Positions 37,819 through 47,425 of a stretch of 64,000 bases of DNA are shown one piece after another. A program made the translations under genes and the position numbers. The stretch's first letter is position 1; each line of letters starts with the position of its first letter. This DNA is from Alphaproteobacteria bacterium (GTDB lineage Bacteria > Pseudomonadota > Alphaproteobacteria > GCA-2731375). Below the pieces are notes generated by a model. The model made no database searches and was not told the DNA's origin. It was given only the letters and a program-made list of their open reading frames with translations. The stretch is taken from the NCBI GenBank assembly GCA_965232515.1, contig CBDDPY010000002.1, positions 1,120,001-1,184,000 of the forward strand, in the 5' to 3' direction.

Positions 37819-38667
37819 ATGACCGCCGACGACGCCGCGATCTATTGCCTCGATCAGGTGCGTCGCGATGACCGTGACCGCTATGTCGCGACCTTGCTGG
37901 CGCCGGCGCACGCCCGCGAAGCCTTGTTCGCCCTCTACGCTTTCAATCTTGAGATCGCAAAAACCCGCGAAACCGTCTCGGAAGCTCTGCTGGGCGAAAT
38001 CCGACTGCAATGGTGGCGCGAAACGATCGACGGCCTGTTTGCCGGAACGCCGCGCCAGCACCAGGTCGTAAGCGCCCTCGATCGGGCGATCCGCGCCCAC
38101 GACCTGCCGCGCGCGCCGTTCGATGCCCTGATCGAGTCGCGTGCCCGCGATCTGGTCGATACGCCGTTCGCCGACATGGCCGAACTCGAAGACTATGCCG
38201 AAGCCACGACGGCAAACCTCCACTACCTTGCGCTCAAGACACTCGACCCACCTATCGGCGCTGCCCGGTCCGCAACGCGCGACGTCGCGATTGGATGGGC
38301 GCTGATCGGTCTGATGCGGGCGCTGCCGCATCACGCGGGCCAACGACGGCACCACCTGCCGGCGGATCTGCTGGCCAGCGCGGGCGTGCCGGATGAAGAC
38401 GTCTATCGGGGCCGCTTCACACCAGCCATGGGCCGCGTGGTCGAAGCCGTGGTCGCGACGGCAAGATCCCGGCTGGCCAGCGCCAGAGCAATGAAGGGCG
38501 GCCTGCCGACACGGGTACGGCGATCCTTGCTTTTGGCGGCGCTTGCCGACGCCTATGCCGACCGGATCGAACGGGGCGGCTTCAACCCATTTGGCGCGGA
38601 CATGCGCATCAGCGATTTGGGCCGACCTCTACGGCTGCTGTGGCTGGCCTGGCAGGGACGATACTAG
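37819..38667 (+). CDS. Squalene/phytoene synthase family protein (NDUFAF6-like)
   Basis: DRDRY, LYAFNLEIA, GEIRLQWWRE; lacks canonical DDxxD motifs. Confidence 0.88.
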   Translation: MTADDAAIYCLDQVRRDDRDRYVATLLAPAHAREALFALYAFNLEIAKTRETVSEALLGEIRLQWWRETIDGLFAGTPRQHQVVSALDRAIRAHDLPRAPFDALIESRARDLVDTPFADMAELEDYAEATTANLHYLALKTLDPPIGAARSATRDVAIGWALIGLMRALPHHAGQRRHHLPADLLASAGVPDEDVYRGRFTPAMGRVVEAVVATARSRLASARAMKGGLPTRVRRSLLLAALADAYADRIERGGFNPFGADMRISDLGRPLRLLWLAWQGRY

Positions 38668-39614
38668 CGGTTCAGAATCTGGTCGAGTCGCTCGTCTTCC
38701 ACATCGACGTCAAGCTGCACCCACAGGGGAAGATGGTCCGAGAGCTGGTAGGTAAAGTCGCGCTTGCTCAGGTTGGGAAACAGCTTGCGGTGGTTGCCGG
38801 CATAGAAATCGAGCACGCCCCCATGATCGGTGAAGCTCTTCACGAACCGCGGGTAATGCAGAATTTGATCGTATCGCTTGTTCTTCTTCAGGTTGCTGCC
38901 GTGCTCTCCCGTCAGCGACGCCGGCACCCTCAAACCTTTGCTGGTGATCGCGGCAAACAGTGGGTCGCTGGCCTTGATCGAAGGGATGTTGAAATCCCCC
39001 ATGACGATGATGTCTTTCTCTCGAACATCGCGACGACGTTGAAGTTTGTCGATCCATTCAGCGAGCAGCTTCAGCGGCGCGATCCGCTCGCTGTTGCGGT
39101 CGCCCCAGCGGATGTGGGCGGTCACCAAAATGAAGTCGAAACTCCCCGCGCGGAACGACGCGATATAGGGCGATCGCCACCATGAAAACTTCGAGACATA
39201 TTCGCCGTTCGGGGCCTTCCGGCGCGGTGCGTCCGCTTCGGCTGCCAGGCCAGTGAAGGCGACGGCGCGCTGATCGTACAGATAGGCCATCCGTTCCCGG
39301 TTCCCACCCGCATCTTGGATGAAATCGGAATAGACGACACGCCAGTAGGGGCCAAGAACGTCCATGACCCGTCGCAGATCCTCGAGACCGACCCGTAGCT
39401 CGGTGATGGCGATCAGATCAAACTGGTTGAGAATTTCGGCGATGTAGTGAATGGCCGCTTTTTGGCGTCGTTTCCGACCAAACTCCCGGATGTTCCAGGT
39501 CGCCAGATTGATCGATTCGTCGAGCGACGACGACGGGATCCCAGCCGCGCCGATGCGGCGGCGCAGCTCCCGCAACCCCTTGGCGATCCCGGGACCGATC
39601 CTTCCGTGTTGCAT
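38664..39614 (-). CDS. Endonuclease/exonuclease/phosphatase (DNase I-like) family protein
   Basis: LATWNIREFG, DLIAITE, HIRWG, MGDFNI, YDQI, LSDHLP. Confidence 0.85.
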   Translation of the reverse strand: MQHGRIGPGIAKGLRELRRRIGAAGIPSSSLDESINLATWNIREFGRKRRQKAAIHYIAEILNQFDLIAITELRVGLEDLRRVMDVLGPYWRVVYSDFIQDAGGNRERMAYLYDQRAVAFTGLAAEADAPRRKAPNGEYVSKFSWWRSPYIASFRAGSFDFILVTAHIRWGDRNSERIAPLKLLAEWIDKLQRRRDVREKDIIVMGDFNIPSIKASDPLFAAITSKGLRVPASLTGEHGSNLKKNKRYDQILHYPRFVKSFTDHGGVLDFYAGNHRKLFPNLSKRDFTYQLSDHLPLWVQLDVDVEDERLDQILNR

Positions 39615-39728
39615 CCTGCCCCCTCGGCAACATCTACGGCTGTGGATCCTGTAACTTGATGCTACACGATTGTGAAAGGAAAGAGCAACGCAACCAATCC
39701 CGCCATCCCGACGATGGATGCCGTGATC

Positions 39729-41084
39729 CTACTCGGCCGCGTCGCGCGTCCGGCCCAGCCAGGCATCGAGATCGCTGAGTGCGCGGGCGCTCATGGCCGG
39801 CTTGCGCTGCTTCTTGTGCACGCGCGCGCTGAGAGGCGGCAACAACCCGAAATTTATGTTCATGGGCTGGAAGGTCTTGGCGTCGGCGCCGCCGGTAATA
39901 TGCGCCAGCAGCGCGCCCAGCGTCGTCGTCGGAGGTGGCAGGTCCGGCGCCCGGTGAAGTCGCTCGGCCGCGGCGAAGCGGCCGGTCAGCAGGCCGATGG
40001 CTGCACTCTCGATATAGCCCTCGACGCCGGTGATCTGGCCGGCGAAGCGCAGCCGCGGCATGGCCCGCAGCCGGCAGCTCGCATCCAACAGCTTCGGGCT
40101 GTTGATGAAGGTGTTGCGATGGATGCCGCCGAGCCGGGCGAACTGCGCGTTCTCGAGCCCGGGAATGGTCCGGAAAACCTCGACCTGGGCGCCGTGCTTC
40201 AGCTTGGTCTGGAAACCGACGATGTTGTAGAGCGTGCCGAGCGCGTTGTCCTGGCGTAGCTGGACGACGGCATGGGGTTTCTCGGGCCGGTGCGGATCGG
40301 TCAGGCCGACCGGTTTCATCGGGCCGTGTCGTAGCGTTTCCGGGCCGCGCTCCGCCATCACCTCGATCGGCAGACAGCCCTCGAAATAAGGCGTGTCGGC
40401 CTCCCAGTCCTTGAACGCGGTCTTCTCGCCGTCGGTCAGGGCGGCGATGAAGGCGTCGTACTGCGCCTTGTCGAGCGGACAGTTGATGTAGTCCTTGCCG
40501 TCGCCGCCGGGGCCCGGCTTGTCGTAGCGAGACTGGAACCAGGCTTTCGAGAAGTCGATCGACTCCTTGTAGACGATGGGCGCGATGGCATCGAAGAAGG
40601 CGAGCGACTCCTCGCCCGTCAACGCGGCGATGGCTTGGGCCAGGGCAGGGGAGGTCAAGGGTCCGGTGGCGATGATGACATTGTCCCAGTCTGCCGGCGG
40701 CAGGCCGTCGACCTCGCCGCGCACAACCTCGATCAGCGGCTCGGCCGCGATGGCGTCCGAGACCGCCGCGGCGAACCCGTCACGGTCCACGGCGAGCGCG
40801 CCGCCGGCCGGCACCTTGTTGGCATCGCCCGCCGACAGGATCAGCGAGTTGCAACGCCGCATTTCCTCGTGCAGCAGGCCGACGGCGTTGTTCTCGGCAT
40901 CGTCCGAGCGAAATGAGTTGGAACACACCAGCTCGGCCAGCCGATCGGTATGGTGGGCATCCGTTTTCCGGACCGGTCGCATCTCGTGCAGCACGACCGG
41001 TACGCCCAGCCGGGCCGCCTGCCAGGCCGCCTCCGATCCGGCCAAGCCGCCGCCGATAATGTGGATCACGGGCGATGTTGTCAT
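39729..41084 (-). CDS. trmFO: FAD/folate-dependent tRNA (uracil-54) methyltransferase
   Basis: [43 protein letters not shown]. Confidence 0.96.
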   Translation of the reverse strand: MTTSPVIHIIGGGLAGSEAAWQAARLGVPVVLHEMRPVRKTDAHHTDRLAELVCSNSFRSDDAENNAVGLLHEEMRRCNSLILSAGDANKVPAGGALAVDRDGFAAAVSDAIAAEPLIEVVRGEVDGLPPADWDNVIIATGPLTSPALAQAIAALTGEESLAFFDAIAPIVYKESIDFSKAWFQSRYDKPGPGGDGKDYINCPLDKAQYDAFIAALTDGEKTAFKDWEADTPYFEGCLPIEVMAERGPETLRHGPMKPVGLTDPHRPEKPHAVVQLRQDNALGTLYNIVGFQTKLKHGAQVEVFRTIPGLENAQFARLGGIHRNTFINSPKLLDASCRLRAMPRLRFAGQITGVEGYIESAAIGLLTGRFAAAERLHRAPDLPPPTTTLGALLAHITGGADAKTFQPMNINFGLLPPLSARVHKKQRKPAMSARALSDLDAWLGRTRDAAE

Positions 41085-41132
41085 GCCCGCTAGATACCCG
41101 CGCGTCCGGATGCTTGCAACCGGGACGGCGAA

Positions 41133-42584
41133 TTAGCGGCGCGCCGCATCGCGCTCGATCGCGGCCAACGCGGCCTGATAGGCCGGCATCTCTCTGATGT
41201 CGCAGACGCCGGCACCGTATTCGACTGGGCCCAGATCGTGCGGCGGCAGCCGGCGCGGATGACCGCAGAAGTCGTCGGATACCTGGTGCAGGACAGCGCC
41301 CCGATCGATCACCGCCTCCGGATCGGACAGCCTGAGGTCCAGGCTGTCGGCATCGGCATAGAGCGCCCGTATGGTATTGCTGCCATGGCCGAGCCAGGTA
41401 TTGCCGCTCCAGGCCAGCATGCCGTCGACCAACCCCTTGGCCCAGGCAACATCTTCCGCATCGACATAGTTCGGATAGTTCTTGTCCTGGCCGGTCAGCC
41501 GCTTTTTCACATAGCGCGCCGTCGCCGGTAACGCCGCCGCATAAGACCGTCCGGCGACAATATTGGCGTCTGTGCTGCTGCGTCCGCCGTCACGGTCGCG
41601 GATACCGCCGGCGATGACGTTGTTCCGGATATCGGCCGTGCTGACGGGAAATCGGATATCGATGCCGTAGGTATTGAACAATAGATTGTTGTAGATCCCG
41701 ATATCGCTGGACTTGTTCACGTAAATGCCGACATCGCCGGCGCAATTGGCGATGACGTTGTTGCGGATGATGCCGTCGGAATGGTTGCGGCTGCAGTCAC
41801 CGCCGTCGCAGATCGCCTTGTTCGAAGTGCCGCCACCGCCGAACGACAGGCCGACACGGATGCCGCCGGCATGGCGCCATTCACAGATCACCAGATTGCG
41901 TTCATAGACGCCATTACTCGAGTTTCCTTTCAAGAACCCCGCGTAACCGACTTGACTCCCGGCAGATTTTGCAAAATCCGCAAAGAAATTGCCGCGGATG
42001 GTCCAGCGCTTACCGCCGACCACATCGAAACCGGATACCGGATTGCGTGTCTCGCGGATGCGGCTGTTAAAAAAGGTATTGCCTTCGATCAGGACGTCGT
42101 TCGGAAACACCCGGCCGGACTTGCCTTTTTCGCCGTTCCCTTTGATCGGCGCATTGAAATCCCTGAGGACGTTTCCACGAATGACGGTGCCGCTGGCGGC
42201 GCCGACGATATGGAATGCATGCTCGCAATTGCCGTGCTTTTCGCAGCGTCCCCGGATTTCCAGGTTTTCAAATACCCAATAGGGGGCGGCGATCTTGAAC
42301 CCCGTCGTCGAGGTGACGTCGAGCACGACGCTGCCCGGCACCGCCGCCCGCACACGGATCGGCGCATCCCGGGCGCCGGCCGCCCTGACCTTGATCGGCC
42401 GCAGGTCGTAACGCCCCGGCGCGATCGTGATGACGTCGCCGGGCCGGGCCCGCTGCACGGCCTTGCCCAGCGCGCGTGCGTCCGCGACCTCGACCCGGCT
42501 TTCCGCCGACGCCAAGCTCAGCGGCAGCGGCATGCCGGCAATCATCAAGATCGACAGAAGTCGTCGTATTCCCGACCGATGCAT
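41133..42584 (-). CDS. Secreted right-handed parallel beta-helix protein (chondroitinase-B/pectin-lyase-like)
   Basis: Signal peptide, ARPGDVITIAPGRY, repeated I..N.F/I coils, EHAFHIVG, GLSFGGGGT, DLGPVEY. Start chosen at 42584. Confidence 0.78.
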   Translation of the reverse strand: MHRSGIRRLLSILMIAGMPLPLSLASAESRVEVADARALGKAVQRARPGDVITIAPGRYDLRPIKVRAAGARDAPIRVRAAVPGSVVLDVTSTTGFKIAAPYWVFENLEIRGRCEKHGNCEHAFHIVGAASGTVIRGNVLRDFNAPIKGNGEKGKSGRVFPNDVLIEGNTFFNSRIRETRNPVSGFDVVGGKRWTIRGNFFADFAKSAGSQVGYAGFLKGNSSNGVYERNLVICEWRHAGGIRVGLSFGGGGTSNKAICDGGDCSRNHSDGIIRNNVIANCAGDVGIYVNKSSDIGIYNNLLFNTYGIDIRFPVSTADIRNNVIAGGIRDRDGGRSSTDANIVAGRSYAAALPATARYVKKRLTGQDKNYPNYVDAEDVAWAKGLVDGMLAWSGNTWLGHGSNTIRALYADADSLDLRLSDPEAVIDRGAVLHQVSDDFCGHPRRLPPHDLGPVEYGAGVCDIREMPAYQAALAAIERDAARR

Positions 42585-42955
42585 CACACTTAAGATACCG
42601 CTTCTCAATGCGGCAATCACCACATCGGACCGGATAGTACCGGATTGTCGGGTCGGGTCAGAGCTTACGAGTGTCCGGTCATAGCGACAGACAGATGGCC
42701 GCGCCATGAAGCTGGGCGGCGCTGGCAAGCAACACAATCGCGCTCAGGAAGCCAATGCCAATATATCGGTAAAGGCTGTCGGACAGTCGTATCGCAGTTG
42801 CGCGTGTCATCACACTCTCCCTCAAAAACGGGATCTCGGACGCAACGCTACAGGCGCTCTCTCCACTGAATGGATTATGGCATATCAATTATGGCGACAA
42901 AATGTCGGCCCATGCAAATAACAGTCTTGTCACGATGCCGTGGCGGCAACCGAGC

Positions 42956-45919
42956 TCAGGCCTGCGCCTGCGCCCCGTTTCTAGTTGTCGACCGCTTGCG
43001 GCCGGCGCGCGGCGACCGGGACGCCGCTGCCGATTTCTTACTCTTCGACTTGGCCTTCGCGCGCGGCTCGGCCGATTGCGGCGCTCTAAGCCCCTTGCCC
43101 AGAAGAGGTTTGAGATACCGGCCGGTATGGCTCTCGGCGACTTCTGCGACTTGCTCCGGGGTGCCGGCGGCGACGATCTGGCCGCCGCCGCTGCCGCCCT
43201 CAGGGCCCAGATCGACAACCCAGTCGGCGGTCTTGATGACTTCCAGATTGTGCTCGATCACGACCACCGTATTGCCGCTCTCGACAAGCTTGTGCAGCAC
43301 GTCGAGCAGCTTGCGCACATCCTCGAAATGCAGACCCGTGGTTGGCTCATCCAGGATGTAGAGCGTGCGGCCGGTGGCGCGGCGTGACAGCTCCTTGGCC
43401 AGCTTCACGCGCTGCGCCTCGCCGCCCGACAGCGTGGTCGCCTGCTGACCGACATGGATATAGCCCAGGCCGACCTGCTGCAGCGTCACCAGCTTGTCGC
43501 GCACGATGGGCACCGCCTTGAAGAACTCAGCCGCCTCGTCGACGGTCATATCCAGCACGTCGGCGATCGACTTGTCCCGGAACCGGATGTCAAGCGTCTC
43601 GCGGTTGTAGCGCTTGCCGCCACAGACGTCGCAGGTGACATAGACATCCGGCAGGAAGTGCATTTCGATCTTGATCAGGCCGTCGCCCTGACAGGCCTCG
43701 CAGCGCCCGCCCTTGACGTTGAACGAGAACCTGCCCGGCTTGTAGCCGCGCGCCTGCGCCTCCGGCAAGCCGGCGAACCAATCCCGGATCGGCGTGAAGG
43801 CGCCGGTATAGGTCGCCGGGTTGGAGCGCGGCGTGCGGCCGATCGGCGATTGGTCGATATCGACGACCTTGTCCAGGAACTGCAGGCCCTCGATGCTGTC
43901 GAAGGCGCCCGGCTGGTCCCGGGCGCCGTTCAGATACCGCGCCAGGGCCTTGTAGAGCGTCTCGATGATCAGCGTCGACTTGCCGCTGCCCGACACGCCG
44001 GTGATGCAGACGAACGACCCCAGCGGCAGTTCCGCATCGACATCGGTCAGGTTGTTCGAGCTGGCCCCGCGCACGACCAGCTTCTGGCGCGGATGGCCGC
44101 TGCGCCGTTGCGCCGGCAGCGGCACCTGCTTCATGCCGACCAGATACTGGCCGGTCAGGCTGTTCGGGCTGGCCATGATGTCCTCGGGCGTACCCGACGC
44201 CACCAGCTCGCCGCCGTGCTCGCCGGCCGCCGGCCCCATGTCGATCACATGGTCGGCGGTGCGGATCGCTTCCTCGTCATGCTCGACGACGACCACCGTA
44301 TTGCCGAGGTCGCGCAGCTCCTTCAGCGTCTTCAATAGTCGGGCATTGTCGCGCTGGTGCAGGCCGATGGACGGCTCGTCCAGCACGTAAAGCACGCCGG
44401 TCAGGCCCGAACCGATTTGCGAGGCAAGCCGGATCCGCTGGCTCTCGCCGCCCGACAGCGTTCCGGAGTTGCGCGACAGCGTCAGGTATTCCAGGCCCAC
44501 ATTCACCAGGAAGCCGAGACGGTCGTTGATTTCCTTCAGTACCCGCTGGGCGATCTCGCGCTGCTTCGCGTTGAGCTTCTTGTCCAGCTGTGCGAACCAG
44601 TCCCGCGCCGCCAGAATCGAGAGCTGCGTGACCTCGCCGACATGGCGGCCGTCGATCTTCACCGCCAGCGCCTCCGGCTTCAGCCGGTTGCCGTCGCAGG
44701 CATCGCAGGTGGTGATCGTCTGGAACTTCTCCAGCTCCTCCCGCAGCCAGGTCGAATCGCTCTCGCGATAGCGCCGCTCCATGTTGGGAATGACACCCTC
44801 GAACGGCTTCGTGGTGGTGTAGCTGCGCAGCCCGTCGTCATAGGTCATGGCGACCGCCTCGTCGCCGGAACCGAACAGAATGACGTCGCGCGCCTTCTCG
44901 GGAAGGTCCGACCAGGGTTCGGTGGTCGAGAACTTGTAATGCCGCGACAGGCTGTCCAGCGTCTGCATGTAGTAAGGCGAGGTCGACTTCGCCCACGGCG
45001 CGATCGCGCCCTTGCGCAGCGTCAGTCGGTCGTCCGGCACGACCAGGCCGGCGTCGAAATGCAGCTGACTGCCGAGCCCGTCGCATTTGGGACAGGCGCC
45101 GAACGGGTTGTTGAAGGAGAACAGCCGGGGCTCGATCTCTTCGATCGTGAACCCGGACACCGGACATGCGAACCTGGCCGAGAACGTGGTCCGGTCGCCG
45201 CTGTCGGCATTTTCCACGATGGTGATCCCGTCGGCGAGCCCGAGCGCGGTCTCCAGCGAATCGGCCAGCCGGCTCGCCACATCGTCGCGGATCACGACCC
45301 GGTCGACCACGACCTCGATGTCGTGCTTCAACTTCTTGTTCAGTGCCGGGGCGTTTTCCAGCTCATAGAGCTCGCCGTCGATCTTAGCCCGCTGGAAACC
45401 CTTCTTCATCAGCTCGGCAAGTTCTTTGCGGTACTCGCCCTTGCGGCCGCGGACGATCGGCGCCAGCAGATAGAGCCGGGTGCCGTCGCCCATCTCCAGC
45501 AGCCGGTCGACCATCTGGCTGACGGTCTGGCTCTCGATCGGCAGACCGGTGGCTGGCGAGTAGGGGACACCGACCCGCGCCCAGAGCAGGCGCATATAGT
45601 CGTAGATCTCGGTTACCGTGCCGACGGTCGATCGCGGATTGCGCGAGGTCGTCTTCTGCTCGATGGAGATCGCCGGAGACAGCCCTTCGATATGGTCGAC
45701 ATCGGGCTTCTGCATCAGCTCCAGGAACTGCCTTGCATAGGCCGACAGGCTCTCGACGTAGCGCCGTTGGCCCTCGGCATAGATGGTATCGAACGCCAGC
45801 GAGGACTTGCCGCTGCCGGACAGGCCCGTGACCACGACCAGCTGGTCGCGCGGGATATCGACGTTCACGTTCTTCAGGTTGTGTTCGCGCGCACCGCGGA
45901 CACTGATGACCTTTTGCAT
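42956..45919 (-). CDS. uvrA: Excinuclease ABC subunit A
   Basis: GAREHNLKN, two Walker A motifs ([16 protein letters not shown]), zinc fingers, LSGGE signatures. Confidence 0.97.
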   Translation of the reverse strand: MQKVISVRGAREHNLKNVNVDIPRDQLVVVTGLSGSGKSSLAFDTIYAEGQRRYVESLSAYARQFLELMQKPDVDHIEGLSPAISIEQKTTSRNPRSTVGTVTEIYDYMRLLWARVGVPYSPATGLPIESQTVSQMVDRLLEMGDGTRLYLLAPIVRGRKGEYRKELAELMKKGFQRAKIDGELYELENAPALNKKLKHDIEVVVDRVVIRDDVASRLADSLETALGLADGITIVENADSGDRTTFSARFACPVSGFTIEEIEPRLFSFNNPFGACPKCDGLGSQLHFDAGLVVPDDRLTLRKGAIAPWAKSTSPYYMQTLDSLSRHYKFSTTEPWSDLPEKARDVILFGSGDEAVAMTYDDGLRSYTTTKPFEGVIPNMERRYRESDSTWLREELEKFQTITTCDACDGNRLKPEALAVKIDGRHVGEVTQLSILAARDWFAQLDKKLNAKQREIAQRVLKEINDRLGFLVNVGLEYLTLSRNSGTLSGGESQRIRLASQIGSGLTGVLYVLDEPSIGLHQRDNARLLKTLKELRDLGNTVVVVEHDEEAIRTADHVIDMGPAAGEHGGELVASGTPEDIMASPNSLTGQYLVGMKQVPLPAQRRSGHPRQKLVVRGASSNNLTDVDAELPLGSFVCITGVSGSGKSTLIIETLYKALARYLNGARDQPGAFDSIEGLQFLDKVVDIDQSPIGRTPRSNPATYTGAFTPIRDWFAGLPEAQARGYKPGRFSFNVKGGRCEACQGDGLIKIEMHFLPDVYVTCDVCGGKRYNRETLDIRFRDKSIADVLDMTVDEAAEFFKAVPIVRDKLVTLQQVGLGYIHVGQQATTLSGGEAQRVKLAKELSRRATGRTLYILDEPTTGLHFEDVRKLLDVLHKLVESGNTVVVIEHNLEVIKTADWVVDLGPEGGSGGGQIVAAGTPEQVAEVAESHTGRYLKPLLGKGLRAPQSAEPRAKAKSKSKKSAAASRSPRAGRKRSTTRNGAQAQA

Positions 45920-46091
45920 ACAAGCTCCCGGCCCGAAAACTGACATTGTGGCAGATAGGCCGGACGGTTGCGATTGCCAACGCCGGCGCCCCTCGAATCT
46001 GTCGGCTATTATCGCCGATTACCGGCTGGCGGGAAGCAGGTCGTTATGCCTATATTGCGGGCGGATCTCATAAAAATATGGAAGCAAGGCG

Positions 46092-46565
46092 ATGGCGGGC
46101 AGCGTCAACAAAGTCACTCTTATCGGCAACCTGGGCGCCGACCCGGAAGTGCGTCACACCCAGGACGGCAACCCCATCGTCAATCTGCGGCTGGCGACCA
46201 ACGAAACCTGGAAGGACCGGCAGACCGGCGAGCGGCGCGAGCGGGTGGAATGGCACCGCGTCGTCATCTTCAACGAGAATCTCGGCCGGATCGCACAACA
46301 GTATTTAAAGAAAGGCTCGAAGGTTTATCTCGAGGGTCAACTCCAGACCCGTAAATGGACGGACCAGAGCGGCCAGGAGCGCTACACCACCGAAGTCGTG
46401 CTGCAGCGCTACCGCGGTGAACTCACCATGCTCGACGGCCGCGCCGAGGGCGGCGGATTCAGCAGCGGCAGCAGCAACTTTGACAGCGGCAGCCGCAGCG
46501 GTGGTGGGGCGTTCGAATCGGCCCGCGGCGGCGCCGACGACCTGGACGACGAGATCCCGTTCTGA
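46092..46565 (+). CDS. ssb: Single-stranded DNA-binding protein
   Basis: GSVNKV.LIGNLG.DPE, EWHRVV, C-terminal DDEIPF. Confidence 0.97.
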   Translation: MAGSVNKVTLIGNLGADPEVRHTQDGNPIVNLRLATNETWKDRQTGERRERVEWHRVVIFNENLGRIAQQYLKKGSKVYLEGQLQTRKWTDQSGQERYTTEVVLQRYRGELTMLDGRAEGGGFSSGSSNFDSGSRSGGGAFESARGGADDLDDEIPF

Positions 46566-46604
46566 ATTCCGGCGGCACCCTGTAGAGATTTCACTTAGCG
46601 GACC

Positions 46605-47165
46605 CTACTCGCTGGAGCCGACCGGGCGGACCATGCTGGCCTGCGGGCCGTCCTCACCTTCTTCCTGCACGTAAATCACGCCGGCCCCGACGCTGAGTTG
46701 GTCGAAACCGTCGTCCCGCACGCTGTTGCGGTGGAAGTAGACCTCGCGTTTGTCCGGGGCTTCGATAAAGCCATAGCCCTGATCGGGGAACAGTCGGGCG
46801 ACCCGGCCCACCGGCGGCACGTCGTGCGCCTTGACCTTGCCGTCGAGCTTACGGACATGGGACTGGAGCTGGCGTCGCGCGGCCTGAAAGGCATCGCGGA
46901 TCGCCACATAGACGTCCTCATGGCTATGATCCGCCGCGGCGCTGCCGCCGACCACCACGTCGCGCTGCCCCGGCAGCGTCAGATGGATGCGAGCGTCATA
47001 CAGCTTGCCCTTGTGATGATGCCGATGCGGCGCCGTTATCACCACGCGGCAGGCCGTGATCCGGTCGTGAAACCGCGAAAGCTTCTCGATTTCCGCCTCG
47101 ATGCGGGCCTTGACCGCGTCCGACGGCGGCATGCCTTCGAATACAATTTCCGGCAGAGTTTCCAT
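46605..47165 (-). CDS. HPF/RaiA ribosome-associated domain fused to a cold-shock (CSD) domain
   Basis: RITACRV...HRHHHKG, HEDVYVAIRDAF..ARRQL, then GYGFIE...EVYFHRNSV...GPQAS. Confidence 0.85.
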   Translation of the reverse strand: METLPEIVFEGMPPSDAVKARIEAEIEKLSRFHDRITACRVVITAPHRHHHKGKLYDARIHLTLPGQRDVVVGGSAAADHSHEDVYVAIRDAFQAARRQLQSHVRKLDGKVKAHDVPPVGRVARLFPDQGYGFIEAPDKREVYFHRNSVRDDGFDQLSVGAGVIYVQEEGEDGPQASMVRPVGSSE

Positions 47166-47245
47166 AGCTCGAGACCACTTTCCGGGCATAACCGTCCCAC
47201 AGCCGGGACGACCGTCAGTCTGGCCCAAACCGGCCCGAAACAGGG

Positions 47246-47259
47246 TTGATTTGGGTCAA
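47246..47259. promoter_or_regulatory. Fnr/FixK-type box upstream of the HPF-CSD gene
   Basis: TTGAT-TTGG-GTCAA, one mismatch to TTGAT-N4-ATCAA, about 80 bp upstream of ATG 47165. Confidence 0.6.
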
Positions 47260-47301
47260 GCGCGGGTCAAAGACCGTCCCCTTTTGCTGCACCTGCGAAA
47301 G

Positions 47302-47330
47302 TTGCCGTTTCCGACATGAATTGCTATATA
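47302..47330 (+). promoter_or_regulatory. Putative sigma70 promoter for gyrA
   Basis: TTGCCG-N17-TATATA (GCTATATA context, typical of alphaproteobacteria). Confidence 0.5.
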
Positions 47331-47425
47331 CGGCGGCATGCAAACTCGAGCGATTCGCGGGCCCGACGCGCCCGCGTTTTTGCCATCTACCGACAGCCTT
47401 TCGCTGCTGATCTGACGGCCACCGC

